64,000 nucleotides of DNA. Source: Thermodesulfobacteriota bacterium. Its GTDB lineage: Bacteria; Desulfobacterota; Desulfobulbia; Desulfobulbales; JBFMBH01. The stretch covers positions 1,290 through 65,289 of the forward strand of contig JBFMBH010000006.1 of NCBI GenBank assembly GCA_040755095.1, in the 5' to 3' direction. The notes under the pieces are model-generated. The model did no database searches. It was not told the origin of the DNA and saw only the letters and a list, made by a program, of their open reading frames with translations. Position numbers and translations under genes: made by a program. Positions 53,694 through 63,883 of the stretch are shown piece by piece. Numbering within the stretch: the first letter of the stretch is position 1; the number at the start of each line of letters is the position of its first letter.

Positions 53694-56285
53694 ATGGACC
53701 GTTTTGCGCCCGCCCTGCCCCCGGCTCTCCCTATCCTGCCCCTGCTGCCGGAGCTGACCGTCACCCTGGCTGACTATCAGTCCGCCGTGCTGGCGGCGCC
53801 GCCGGGTGCCGGCAAGACCACCGCCGTGCCCCTGGCCCTGCTCGCCGCCCCCTGGTTGGCGGGCCGGAAGATCCTGCTCCTGGAGCCGCGTCGTCTGGCC
53901 GCCCGCGCTGCCGCGGCCCGCATGGCCGAGCTGCTGACTGAGCCGGTGGGTGCCACGGTGGGCTTTTGCATCCGCTTTGAAACAAAGGTGTCTGCGGGCA
54001 CGCGCATCGAGGTCCTGACCGAAGGGGTGCTCACCCGCCGCCTGCAAAGCGATCCGGAGCTGGCCGGCGTGGGCCTGGTGATCTTCGATGAATTCCACGA
54101 GCGCTCTCTGGAGGCCGATCTCGGCCTTGCCCTCTGTCTGGATGTTCAGGAGGTCTTGCGGCCAGACTTGCGCCTGCTGGTCATGTCCGCCACCCTGGAT
54201 ACGGCGGCGGTGGCCGGCCTTCTGGGCGGGGCCCCGGTCCTCGCCGCCCAGGGTCGGGCCTTTCCGGTGACGATCCAGCATCTGCCCGAGGGGGTGGCCC
54301 TGGCCTTGCCGGAGCGTCGCCAGGACCTGGCCCGCCAGACCGCGGCCGGAATCCGGCAGCTCCTGGCCGAGACCACCGGTGATCTTCTGGCCTTTCTTCC
54401 CGGCGGCGGCGAGATCCGGGCCACCATGGCCGAGCTGGCCGCACGGCCCCAGGAAGGCCTCCTCACCGCCCCCCTCTACGGCGATCTGCCCCGGATCGAT
54501 CAGGAGCGGGCCCTCATGCCTGACCCTGGTGGCCGGCGGCGGGTGGTCCTGGCCTCGGCCATTGCCGAGACCAGCCTGACCATCGAGGGCGTGGAGGGGG
54601 TGGTGGACTGCGGCTGGACCAGGGCGCCCCGCTTCGATGCCAACCGCGGCCTCGGCCGCCTGGTGACGGTGCGGGTCTCCCAGGCCGAGGCCAGCCAGCG
54701 GGCCGGCCGGGCGGGCCGCCTGGGGCCGGGCCGCTGCCTGCGCCTCTGGCCCGCCTCCCTCACCCCCAGCCTGCGGCCGGACCGGCTGCCGGAGATGCTG
54801 GCCAGCGATCTGGCCGGCCTGGCCCTGGAGCTGGCGGCTTGGGGGGTTCATGACCCTTCGGCCCTGCGCTGGCTGGATCCGCCACCGGCCGCGGCCTGGG
54901 AGCAGGGCCGGGCGCTCCTCGCCGAGCTGGGTGCCCTGGATGCTGCGGGCCAGCTCACGGCGCGCGGCCGCGCCATGGCCCGGCTGCCGGCCGAGCCCCG
55001 GCTGGCCAGCCTGCTCCTGGCTGCGGCCCAGTGGGGTGTCCCTGCCCTGGGCTGCGACCTGGCGGCCATCTTATCCGAGCGGGATCTGCTGCTGCCCACC
55101 GCCCAACCCCGGCCCTGCGACCTGGAGCTGCGGCTGCAGGCCCTGGCGGCCTTCCGCCAACAAGGCGGTGCCGCGGCCCGCTCCCGGGGCGCCGACCCGG
55201 AGGCCTGCCGCCGGGTCACCCAGGCCAGCCGCGCCTGGGAGCGGCTGTTGCCGGCAAGGCAGGGCGAATCCGACCGGTCAGACGCGTCCGACCCGTCCGA
55301 CAAGGCGTCCCGCCCTGGTGCCCTTCTCGCTGCTGCCTTCCCGGACCGGGTGGCCAGGCTGCGGCCCGGCCGGCGGCACCACTTCACCCTGGCCGCCGGC
55401 CGCGGGGCGGTCCTGCCGCCCCATGATCCGCTGGCTGGCCACGAATTCCTGGTGGTGCCGGCTCTGGATGCTGGCCGCAGCGAGGGCCGCATCTTCCTGG
55501 CGGCCGAGGTCCACGCCGGCGAGCTGCGGTCTGTGCTGGAAGAACGGATTGAGGTCGCCGAGGAGGTGCGCTGGGACGACGGCCTGGCCGCGGCGGTCGG
55601 CCGGCGGGAGGAGCGGCTGGGCGCCGTCGTGCTCGCCAGCCTCCCCCTGGCAAGGCCGGAGCCCGCGGCCCTGGCCGCCTGCCTCCTGGCCCAGCTGACC
55701 CGGCTGGGACCGGGCGCCCTGCCCTTCAGCCCGGCGGCCCGGGAGCTCCAGGCCCGGGTGCTGTCGCTCCGGGCCTGGCGGCCGGCCGAAGGCTGGCCGG
55801 ATCTGAGCGACCAGGCCCTGGGCCAGGAGCTGGCCGGCTGGCTGGGACCGGCCCTTGCGGGCCTGGCCTCCCTGGCCGACCTTGCCCGCCTGGATCTGGC
55901 GGCCCTTCTCGCCGGCCGCCTGACCTGGGAAGAGCGCCAGCGCCTTGTGACCGGTGCCCCCACCCATCTGACGGTGCCCAGCGGCAGCCGCCGGCGCCTT
56001 GCCTACCAGCCCGGCGGGCCGCCGGTTCTGGCCGTCCGCCTCCAGGAGCTGTTCGGGCTCGCCGCCACCCCCACGGTCTGCTGGGGCCAGGTGCCGGTGA
56101 TGCTCCACCTCCTCTCCCCGGCCGGCCGGCCCATCCAGGTCACCCAGGACCTGGCCGGCTTCTGGGCCCGCACCTACCCGGAGGTGCGCCGGGAGCTCCG
56201 GGGCCGCTACCCCCGCCATCCCTGGCCCGAGGATCCCTGGCGCGCGCCGCCCACCAGCCGCGCCCAGCCCCGGCCGCGCCGGTAG
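53694..56285 (+). CDS. hrpB: ATP-dependent RNA helicase HrpB
   Basis: Trimmed to ATG 53694. Motifs APPGAGKTT, FDEFHERS, SATL, AETSLTIEGV and QRAGRAGR, plus the HrpB C-terminal region. Confidence 0.9.
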   Translation: MDRFAPALPPALPILPLLPELTVTLADYQSAVLAAPPGAGKTTAVPLALLAAPWLAGRKILLLEPRRLAARAAAARMAELLTEPVGATVGFCIRFETKVSAGTRIEVLTEGVLTRRLQSDPELAGVGLVIFDEFHERSLEADLGLALCLDVQEVLRPDLRLLVMSATLDTAAVAGLLGGAPVLAAQGRAFPVTIQHLPEGVALALPERRQDLARQTAAGIRQLLAETTGDLLAFLPGGGEIRATMAELAARPQEGLLTAPLYGDLPRIDQERALMPDPGGRRRVVLASAIAETSLTIEGVEGVVDCGWTRAPRFDANRGLGRLVTVRVSQAEASQRAGRAGRLGPGRCLRLWPASLTPSLRPDRLPEMLASDLAGLALELAAWGVHDPSALRWLDPPPAAAWEQGRALLAELGALDAAGQLTARGRAMARLPAEPRLASLLLAAAQWGVPALGCDLAAILSERDLLLPTAQPRPCDLELRLQALAAFRQQGGAAARSRGADPEACRRVTQASRAWERLLPARQGESDRSDASDPSDKASRPGALLAAAFPDRVARLRPGRRHHFTLAAGRGAVLPPHDPLAGHEFLVVPALDAGRSEGRIFLAAEVHAGELRSVLEERIEVAEEVRWDDGLAAAVGRREERLGAVVLASLPLARPEPAALAACLLAQLTRLGPGALPFSPAARELQARVLSLRAWRPAEGWPDLSDQALGQELAGWLGPALAGLASLADLARLDLAALLAGRLTWEERQRLVTGAPTHLTVPSGSRRRLAYQPGGPPVLAVRLQELFGLAATPTVCWGQVPVMLHLLSPAGRPIQVTQDLAGFWARTYPEVRRELRGRYPRHPWPEDPWRAPPTSRAQPRPRR

Positions 56286-56296
56286 CCCGCCCCGCC

Positions 56297-58543
56297 CTAT
56301 CGGGGGAATACCCGGCCTTCCGTGAGCACAATGCCCTGGCTGAGGTCGCCCACCCGGATGACGAATTCCCCGGCCTCGGCCCGCCAGTGCAGCTCGCGGT
56401 CCACCAAGGCCAGATCCCGGGGGGAGAGGGTGAGGGTCAGACGCCGGCTCTCGCCAGGCGCGAGCCGGATCTTCCGGAAGGCCTTGAGCCGCTTCACCGC
56501 GGGCGCGACGCTGGCCACCAGGTCGCTGGCATAGACCTGCACCACCTCGAAGCCGGGCCGCCGGCCGGTATTGAGCACCTCCACCGCGACGGTCAAGGTG
56601 CCGTCCGGGCCCAGCTGCCGGGGCGAGACCTCCAGATGCCGGTAGGCAAAGGTGGTGTGGGCCAGGCCGGCGCCAAAGGGGTACAGGCAGTCGAAGGCAT
56701 AATCCTCCGAGATCCGGTGGTCGTAGGTGGCGAGCCCATTGGGCCCCCGGGGATAGGTGAAGGGCAGCCGGCCCGCGGGCTCGGCATCGCCGAACAGCAC
56801 CTCGGCCACTGCCCGGCCGCCCTCGTTGCCGGGCAGATACGCCTGGAGCACCGCCGCCATGGCGGGCTCGATGGCGGTGATGATCCGGGGCCGCCCCTGG
56901 GCCAGAACCAGCACCGTGGGCTTGCCCAGGGCAGCCAGCATCCTGGCCAGCTCCAGCTGCGCCGCCGGCAGGGTGAGATCGTCGATGTTGCCGAAGTTCT
57001 CGGCATAGGCCGGCTCGCCCAGGCAGAGGATGATGGCGTCCACCCCGTCCGCCGCGGCCGCCACCGCCTCCGGGTCCACGGCCCCGTCTTCCCGCCAGGG
57101 CAGATGCCGTGCCCGCTCGCCGCCCACCTGGGCGCGGATGGCATCGAGGATGGTCACCCCGTCCGGCAGATAGCGATCGGTCTCCGCCCCCTGCCAGGTG
57201 TAGCTCCAGCCGCCGTTCAGGGGCGCCATGGCGTCCGCCGCCGGACCGGCCACCAGGAGCCGGCCGCTCTTGGCCAGGGGCAGGACCCCGCCCTGGTTCT
57301 TCAGAAGGGTCAGGGAGGCGACCGCTGCCTCCAGGGCGACCTGGCGATGGGCCGGGGAGGCATAGGCCGGGTACTGCTCGGCCGGATGGATCGGGGTCGC
57401 GAACAGGCCCAGACGGGCCTTGAAGGCAAGGATGCGGCGGACGGCATCGTCGATTCTGGCCTCGGCCACCCGCCCCTCCCGCACCAGGGTGACCAGCTCC
57501 TGGGCGTGCTCGACATCGAACGGCACCATGGCCAGATCGACCCCGGCAGCGGTCGCCAGGGCGATGGCCTCCTTGCGGCTCGCAGCCGCCCGGTGGTGGG
57601 CGTAGATGTTCTCCACCGAGCCCCAGTCCGACACCGCCACGCCGGCAAAGCCCAGCTCGTCCTTCAAAAGGCCCTGCACCAGCCCCGGATCGGCATGGAC
57701 CGGCAGGCCGTCGATATCCGCCAGGCTCAGGACCACGGCTTGCGCTCCGGCGGCCATCCCCTGGACAAAGGGCGGCAGGAACAGCTCCTGCAAGGCCCGC
57801 CGGCTGACGCTCACCGTGGTGCGGTCCTTGCCGGAGACCGGGATGGTGTAGCCCAGGAAATGCTTGAGGGTCGCCCCCACCCGGTGGGGCTGGGCCGGGT
57901 CCTGGCCCTGGAGACCCCGCACAAAGGCGGCGGTCAGCTCGCCGGCCAGGAAGGTATCCTCGCCAAAGGTCTCGAAGAACCGGGAGTGCACCGGGCTTCT
58001 GCCCGGCTCGGCAGTGGGGGCGAACACCCAGGGGATGCCCTGGGCCCGGGTCTCGTAGGCGCTGATCCGGGCCACCCGCTCCACCAGCTCCGGATCCCAG
58101 GTGGCCGCCAGGCCGATCTGCTGGGGAAACGAGGTGGCCTCCTGGGCGTAGGTCATGCCGTGCACGGCATCGATGCCATAGAGCACCGGGATCCCCAGTC
58201 GGGTGCCCCTGGCCAGCTCCTGGATCTCGGCGATCATCTGCCGCCAGTGCTCCCGGGGGAAGGCATGGTGGCCGATGTTGAAGAGGGCGCCCACGTGGTG
58301 CTCGACAATGGCCCGCTGCAGCCGCTCCGGATCCAGCTCGTGGGGCTCCGCCGGGCTGAAGGGCAGCTGCCCCTTGGATACGGCGTTCAGGGTCAGCATG
58401 GTCATCTGCCCCACCTTCTCCGGGAGGGTCATAGCCGCCAGCAGGGCCTCGATATCCGGGCCCGGGCCGGCGGCGGCGCTGGCCGGGCCGGCAAGGGTGA
58501 GGGCCAGGATCAAAACGACAGGGAAAGTCTCCTTCGTGCGCAT
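56297..58543 (-). CDS. Secreted glycoside hydrolase family 3 (beta-glucosidase/BglX-like)
   Basis: Trimmed to ATG 58543 (GAGGAGGGA SD). Signal peptide VVLILALTLAGPASA. Motifs EKVGQM, KHFLGY and VSDWGSV. Confidence 0.9.
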   Translation of the reverse strand: MRTKETFPVVLILALTLAGPASAAAGPGPDIEALLAAMTLPEKVGQMTMLTLNAVSKGQLPFSPAEPHELDPERLQRAIVEHHVGALFNIGHHAFPREHWRQMIAEIQELARGTRLGIPVLYGIDAVHGMTYAQEATSFPQQIGLAATWDPELVERVARISAYETRAQGIPWVFAPTAEPGRSPVHSRFFETFGEDTFLAGELTAAFVRGLQGQDPAQPHRVGATLKHFLGYTIPVSGKDRTTVSVSRRALQELFLPPFVQGMAAGAQAVVLSLADIDGLPVHADPGLVQGLLKDELGFAGVAVSDWGSVENIYAHHRAAASRKEAIALATAAGVDLAMVPFDVEHAQELVTLVREGRVAEARIDDAVRRILAFKARLGLFATPIHPAEQYPAYASPAHRQVALEAAVASLTLLKNQGGVLPLAKSGRLLVAGPAADAMAPLNGGWSYTWQGAETDRYLPDGVTILDAIRAQVGGERARHLPWREDGAVDPEAVAAAADGVDAIILCLGEPAYAENFGNIDDLTLPAAQLELARMLAALGKPTVLVLAQGRPRIITAIEPAMAAVLQAYLPGNEGGRAVAEVLFGDAEPAGRLPFTYPRGPNGLATYDHRISEDYAFDCLYPFGAGLAHTTFAYRHLEVSPRQLGPDGTLTVAVEVLNTGRRPGFEVVQVYASDLVASVAPAVKRLKAFRKIRLAPGESRRLTLTLSPRDLALVDRELHWRAEAGEFVIRVGDLSQGIVLTEGRVFPR

Positions 58544-58737
58544 AGCTCCCTCCTCATGTTTATGGGGAGAGCATCTCTTAACGAGCAAAGGAAGCGACTG
58601 TCAAGCCTGACGATGGCACATTACCGCCTGGATGGTAGACCGTTCCACCGTGGGAAGGTCAAGATGATCTCCATCGCCAGCCATACCAAACCCAGCACTG
58701 ACCACGTTGTTCTTCTCCCAGAGATCTGACTTTGTCA

Positions 58738-58764
58738 TTGACAACCAATCAATGACTCTATTAT
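58738..58764 (+). promoter_or_regulatory. Weak candidate promoter for the giant kinase operon
   Basis: TTGACA (58738-43) and TATTAT (58759-64), but with a spacer of only 15 nt. It sits in the 292-bp lower-GC gap (58544-58835) upstream of ATG 58836. Confidence 0.2.
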
Positions 58765-58835
58765 GAGTTCTGCTCGTGGAGTAGGAACAGTGTCAGTTAT
58801 TGTCTTTCTTACCGCGTAGGGGGCGCGTCAATGCC

Positions 58836-61800
58836 ATGACAGGATGTCCACTCCTTCAGATCATCACCGGTGGCGGCTCCAAGGGCCTCCAGGGGGTGCT
58901 CGCCGATCTTGTCGCGCATGCGGCCGACAAGCTGGGGCCTGCCTCATGCCAGAGCTATCTCCTCGATGGGGCCTCGGGAACCCTCAAGCCTGAGGCCTCT
59001 TGGCCACCCGAAGCCGACATTCCTCCGGCGGAGCCACCTTCCGAAGTGGCGGAGGCATACCGGGCAGAGCGCCTAGTCGCGGGGCGGCAGGGCGTCGCAA
59101 TGCCGCTTCCTGCCGGCAGGAAGGTGATCGGGGCGCTCCACTTCTCCTTCCAGCCACCGGCGACCGCCCGCGGCACAGCGCGCATCCAACCCGAGGCAAG
59201 CACTGCCCAGGTCAAAGCAACGGCGGACTTCCTCGCGTCGCTCTGGGAGCCGCATGTCCGAGAGGCGATGTGGGAAAGGGTCCTGTTCTCGACCTGGGAG
59301 GAGATCCAGCTGGCAGGCGAAGGACCACTGGCCCTCAAGGAGGCGGTGGACCGCTTTGTGGAGGAGTTTCGGCAGGCGTTTGACGACTCCGTGTGGTCGC
59401 CGCCTGACATGCTCTACCTCCAGCTGGTCGACCAGCACCAGCGGGCGATCCGAACCGTGCGCGGCTTCGGGATGCCGCTGAGCTTCGAATTCCTGCCTGC
59501 CCACCCGCTGGCCACCGGGGACGCCCAGGCCAAGCTGGACATCCAGGCCGACGTGGTACACCATCTGCGACCGGAATTCATTGTCGGCAACGACTGCCAG
59601 CGCTTCGACCAGCGGATCTTCTTCCAGTATGGCCATGAGAGGTTCAGCAGGTTCTGGTTCCCCCTCTTCCCCCTGCTCGCTTTGCCACGCGCCAGCGACG
59701 ATGTCGACGCCATCGAGGCTTATCTCCAAAACGCATTGGCCTGGCCGGACGAAAAGCAAGGTAGTGGGTTTGTCAGTCAGGCCGCGAATTGGGTCGCCCG
59801 CCCACCCCCGCCCGCAGATCTGGTGCTCGGCACAGTGGAGATCGGTTACCTCCGGAAGAGTCCAGACCGGCTGCGCCTGGATCCCTGGACACCTGAGCAG
59901 GGAACCCGGGCCATGGCCACGGGACTCTTCTTTGCCAACCGTCTGTTCCGGGCCACCCAAGCAGGCGCCCTGGAGAGAATCGGCAGCGCCCTTGCCCTGG
60001 TGAGGCCCGGGCGGACGCACGCCCTGCAACTCCATGTCACGAACGGCCGCAAGGTTGAGACGCGGGAATACCCTGCCCCTGCTCCCTGGGGGGTGGCCAT
60101 TGCCCGGGCCACGGATGGCCCAGCACCACAGCGGGACCAGCCGCCTCTGCGCCGTTCGTGCACAGTGGTCTTTGAACAGCCCGGACAAGCCGCTGTGGCC
60201 GATGCTGGGGTGACCGCGGACCTCTGCCAGGAAATCGACCAGCGGGTGAGCCGGGCCGCAGACGTGGCCTCCCACCTTTTCCGGGGCTTCTTCTATCCCC
60301 AGGAGTTGGTGGTGCCAGACCGGAACCCCAGTGCCATGGGCCTGCGGGTCAAGGACGAGACGGTGTTGTCGGTCTGCGAGGAGGCCGCCGTGATGGCTGG
60401 TGCGGTCTGCTGCCTGGCCTATTTCTTCGCGCCTGGGGAGGACACCCCGTCCTTGCGACGCCCTCCCACAGTCTGGGGGGAGATGCCCCGGCAGCCGTCC
60501 GACTTCCGGACGAGGGTTGACGCCGAGGCGGAAGAAGTGGCTGCAGGCCGAACCTCCCGTTACGACGTGGCCATCGGCCACGGCACCGGCTCATCCTGCC
60601 TGACCATGCTGCCCCTGGAGCTGTCCGAGGCGACCACCGGGGTGCTGGCTCTCATCCACCAGCCAGGAAACAGCTCTCCCATCCCTGTCCTCCGCGCTGA
60701 TCTCGAAAGAAGGATTCCCCGGTGGGTCTACCGCCTGCACATCCTCCACCTCGTCTCGCACAGTCGGTTTCTTGCCCTTACCACCAGCCTCCGGAAGGAG
60801 ATCGCGGAGGCCTACAGGAACTTCACCAATGGCCATCGGAACGTGCGGCTTTTCATCGAAGACGTCGTCCGCAAAAGCGTCCAGCTCATCAAGCCGGTCG
60901 CCGCCTGGATCACTGACCCCAGGACCACTCCCCAGGCCGGCCCCAGCCGCATCTATCGACACTGGTGCATTCCCAACGGCACCGCTGACCCTCCCCGGAT
61001 CTTCAACCACCTCTTTGCCCCAGCCACCCCCTCGGGTCCGTGTCAGGAGGCCTGTACGACCGGACGGCCGGTCATCTGCAGCGGCGGCGACAAGAAGACC
61101 AGGATCCGGAGCTTCATTACGGCTCTGGAGCAGGAGGCCAAGCAGCAACATGAGGGCGGGGAACGTGATATCGCCAACCGCCTCCGGCGGTTTGCCAGTG
61201 CCGTCGACCACGCCGAAGGGGAGTCCACCATCGTCACCATCCCGCTGGCCAGGCGGCCAGAAGAGAAGGGCAGCCTCAAACCCACCTTCACCTGGCTTCT
61301 CCAGGGTGACCTCCATTCCGACGAGGACCAACAGCTCCTGCTGCTCGAGCTCGGGGAGGTGCTAGCCGAGACCCTCCATCAGGCCCAGGGCATTGAAAGG
61401 CAGGAATACGAAGAGCGTTCCCAGGAACAATTGGATGCCCTGGGCCACAACCTAGCCATGCAGGGAGGCTGTGACGACGCCTTTGGCGCCTGGCTCCAAT
61501 GGCTCGCTGGCAAGAAGTGGCCTTGCCTGGGGCGGGACGTAGTCATCTGGCTGTTCTCCGCCAACGCCAAGACCCTGGTGGCCCGTTCCTGCAGGGGCCA
61601 GGCTCTTGAAGCACTACATCAGGCAGGGAATCTGGAGGTGATCGATCTGACGGATCATCCGCTGGCCCACGACAAGATTGACGCGGCCCGGATAGGGAGC
61701 TGGCCACTCGGGTCATCCATGCTGTGGTCAATGCCACTCCAGTACCACAACAGAACCCCGGGCCGGCGCCTGCTCGCCGCATACGCCAAGAAGACCGACG

Positions 61801-63377
61801 GGAACCACCTGGTTTCCTTTCCCATGGTGGATGCCACGGGCCAGGTCTTCGGGGTGGTGGATTGTCTTCGTTCCGAACTGTTCGAGGTCGAAGAGGAGAA
61901 GGTCCTGGGGCACATGCTGCGCCGGGTGACGGGAATCTTCCTTGCCAAGATTACCGAGCTCCGCCTGCGACGGAGCAGAGAAACCATCAACGAGCTTTTC
62001 GCAGACACGAAAAAATTTCTCCTCGATTTCCAGGCCGAGCAGGCGTGCAAGAGCCTGGTGGAAGGCATTCGTAAGTTCTTCCAGTGCGAACATTGCGATC
62101 TCTTTTTCGCGGATCAGGCAGAGGCCATGGCCCTGCTGGCCACCACCAGGGAGCAGGGCCCAGTCACTGATTCGGATCGCTTCCGCTTCCGAATCCTCGC
62201 TTATGGGGAGGACGACGAGATCCTGGCCCGTTGTCTTCGCAATGGCGCGGCAGACATCCAACACCGAAGGGAGGGCACAAAGCCCTCCCGTGCCACCCAG
62301 CTGTCAGAGGACCTTGGCGTCCTCCTGGGCGGAGCGCTTTCTGCCGAGCGGCTGGTCATGCCGCTCCTGGACACCGCGCGTGGAGGGAAGAGGTGTGTAG
62401 GTCTCCTGCACCTGGAGAATCCGCAGCAGCGGGAACAGCAGGTGCTCGACGGCCAGCAGCAAAAGACCAGAGTCTTGAAGCGAAGCTGTCGCTTCACAGC
62501 CGAGGACCTGCGGCTGGCCGAGGAGATGGCCCCTGCCCTGCAACGGATCCTCCTTACCATCGCGCTGTCAGAGAAACAGGTCTGGCTCATCCGGGACGTC
62601 ATGCACTCCCTGGGGCACCCCCTGCAAACCCTCCGCGATGAGGTGCAGGGCCTGCTCCTGGCACTGACCAGAGGCGGGGAGGTGCCGTATCTGGAACTCC
62701 AATCCATGAATGATCGGGTGGAATGGGCCTTCCAGTTCGTCCACGATGCCCGGGACCGCTGGACCTTCTTCACTACCCCCCGATCCCCCGATCACCGATG
62801 GACCTATGAGAGCGTGAACCTCAAGGACTTTGTCCAGAGATGCTGCGACTCCATGGCCTCAGTGGCCAAGCGTGGCCGAAACCGCATCGCCTATGCCGAC
62901 CTGAAGGCGATCCGGCCTATCCAGGCAGTCCCCGAATGGCTCCGGATTGCCGTCATCAACCTCCTGGAGAATGCCTGCAAGTACTCCTGGCAGGACGGCG
63001 AGGTGGCTGTTGCCTTGGATGAATCGGATGATGGCACCATCCGCGTGCAGATCAGGAACTGGGGGATCGGCATCCCGGCGGAAGACCGGGAAAGGATCTT
63101 CCAGCCCTACTACCGGTCCCGGGTTCCGGACGCCAGGGGAACCCGGCCCGGGACTGGCATCGGCCTTGCCATTGTCAGGGAGGCCGTCGAAAACATCCAC
63201 CGAGGCAAGATTCTGGTGGAAAGTGTCCCTGTCAGGGAAGAACCAGCCGGCCGCACCTCGGAAACGGGGCCGGCCCCAGGCCGGGTCGAGCATTGCACCA
63301 CCTTCACCATCGCGCTTGACCGGGCAACACTGGCGAACCTGGCGGAACAGAACCCCACCGATGAAGGAGAAGCCTGA
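58836..63377 (+). CDS. Giant cytoplasmic multi-GAF-like sensor histidine kinase (1513 aa)
   Basis: The track ORF starts at TTG 58800; I prefer ATG 58836. C-terminal H-box VMHSLGHPLQTL, N-box NLLENACKY, G-boxes RNWGIGI and GTGIGLAI. No obvious TM segment. At least five segments end in GAF-like beta-strand/helix patterns. Confidence 0.85.
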   Translation: MTGCPLLQIITGGGSKGLQGVLADLVAHAADKLGPASCQSYLLDGASGTLKPEASWPPEADIPPAEPPSEVAEAYRAERLVAGRQGVAMPLPAGRKVIGALHFSFQPPATARGTARIQPEASTAQVKATADFLASLWEPHVREAMWERVLFSTWEEIQLAGEGPLALKEAVDRFVEEFRQAFDDSVWSPPDMLYLQLVDQHQRAIRTVRGFGMPLSFEFLPAHPLATGDAQAKLDIQADVVHHLRPEFIVGNDCQRFDQRIFFQYGHERFSRFWFPLFPLLALPRASDDVDAIEAYLQNALAWPDEKQGSGFVSQAANWVARPPPPADLVLGTVEIGYLRKSPDRLRLDPWTPEQGTRAMATGLFFANRLFRATQAGALERIGSALALVRPGRTHALQLHVTNGRKVETREYPAPAPWGVAIARATDGPAPQRDQPPLRRSCTVVFEQPGQAAVADAGVTADLCQEIDQRVSRAADVASHLFRGFFYPQELVVPDRNPSAMGLRVKDETVLSVCEEAAVMAGAVCCLAYFFAPGEDTPSLRRPPTVWGEMPRQPSDFRTRVDAEAEEVAAGRTSRYDVAIGHGTGSSCLTMLPLELSEATTGVLALIHQPGNSSPIPVLRADLERRIPRWVYRLHILHLVSHSRFLALTTSLRKEIAEAYRNFTNGHRNVRLFIEDVVRKSVQLIKPVAAWITDPRTTPQAGPSRIYRHWCIPNGTADPPRIFNHLFAPATPSGPCQEACTTGRPVICSGGDKKTRIRSFITALEQEAKQQHEGGERDIANRLRRFASAVDHAEGESTIVTIPLARRPEEKGSLKPTFTWLLQGDLHSDEDQQLLLLELGEVLAETLHQAQGIERQEYEERSQEQLDALGHNLAMQGGCDDAFGAWLQWLAGKKWPCLGRDVVIWLFSANAKTLVARSCRGQALEALHQAGNLEVIDLTDHPLAHDKIDAARIGSWPLGSSMLWSMPLQYHNRTPGRRLLAAYAKKTDGNHLVSFPMVDATGQVFGVVDCLRSELFEVEEEKVLGHMLRRVTGIFLAKITELRLRRSRETINELFADTKKFLLDFQAEQACKSLVEGIRKFFQCEHCDLFFADQAEAMALLATTREQGPVTDSDRFRFRILAYGEDDEILARCLRNGAADIQHRREGTKPSRATQLSEDLGVLLGGALSAERLVMPLLDTARGGKRCVGLLHLENPQQREQQVLDGQQQKTRVLKRSCRFTAEDLRLAEEMAPALQRILLTIALSEKQVWLIRDVMHSLGHPLQTLRDEVQGLLLALTRGGEVPYLELQSMNDRVEWAFQFVHDARDRWTFFTTPRSPDHRWTYESVNLKDFVQRCCDSMASVAKRGRNRIAYADLKAIRPIQAVPEWLRIAVINLLENACKYSWQDGEVAVALDESDDGTIRVQIRNWGIGIPAEDRERIFQPYYRSRVPDARGTRPGTGIGLAIVREAVENIHRGKILVESVPVREEPAGRTSETGPAPGRVEHCTTFTIALDRATLANLAEQNPTDEGEA

Positions 63378-63883
63378 TGGCCGCGCCACCGTCGAAACGA
63401 ATCCTGATCGTTGAGGATGAGCCTGATCTGCGGGACAAGCTCAAGGGCTTGCTGACCAAGTACCAGGCCTTCCAGATCCTGGAAGCCGCGGATGCTAGGC
63501 AGGCGCAGGACATCGTTCAAGAGCCTGGCCAGCGGCTGGCGGCAGTTATCCTGGACATCATGCTCTCCTATGGCACCCCGTCGCCCAATCTCGGGCAGGA
63601 CAATGATCCGGACATGGTGGACACCGGGGTGCGGTTGCTGCAGTGGCTGCGGGAGACCGTCCAGGACCGATCCGTCTGGGTCGCCGTCACCACCTCTCGG
63701 GTCAACCCCCGGCTTGTCTCGAGAGTTCGATCGCTCCTGGGCCGCCGGGGCAAGATCTATCCCAAGCCATACAACCGTCTGCTCCTCGAGCACGACCTGG
63801 CCCTGGTGCTCGGGGAGGGAAGCCAGGTTCCGGCTGTCCTGATCCCGGTCGACTACTCGCCTCCCAGCCATGAGTCGGAGTAG
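63377..63883 (+). CDS. Stand-alone response-regulator receiver protein (no output domain)
   Basis: TGATG start/stop overlap with the kinase. ILIVEDEPD, phospho-acceptor context AVILDIML, VAVTTS and YPKPY. A ~15-aa insertion follows beta3. Confidence 0.85.
   Translation: MAAPPSKRILIVEDEPDLRDKLKGLLTKYQAFQILEAADARQAQDIVQEPGQRLAAVILDIMLSYGTPSPNLGQDNDPDMVDTGVRLLQWLRETVQDRSVWVAVTTSRVNPRLVSRVRSLLGRRGKIYPKPYNRLLLEHDLALVLGEGSQVPAVLIPVDYSPPSHESE

Noticed and set aside
52989-54851. 620-aa minus-strand ORF, plus the 51868..53691 and 56387..58729 plus-strand ORFs
   Set aside because: These are shadows of hrpB, the rlmI-like/ydjM-like genes, and the GH3 gene respectively.
55262-55300. Short TCCGAC-type repeats encoding SDRSDASDPSDK inside hrpB
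   Set aside because: This is an in-frame low-complexity linker within a well-supported helicase gene. I see nothing to suggest a separate element.
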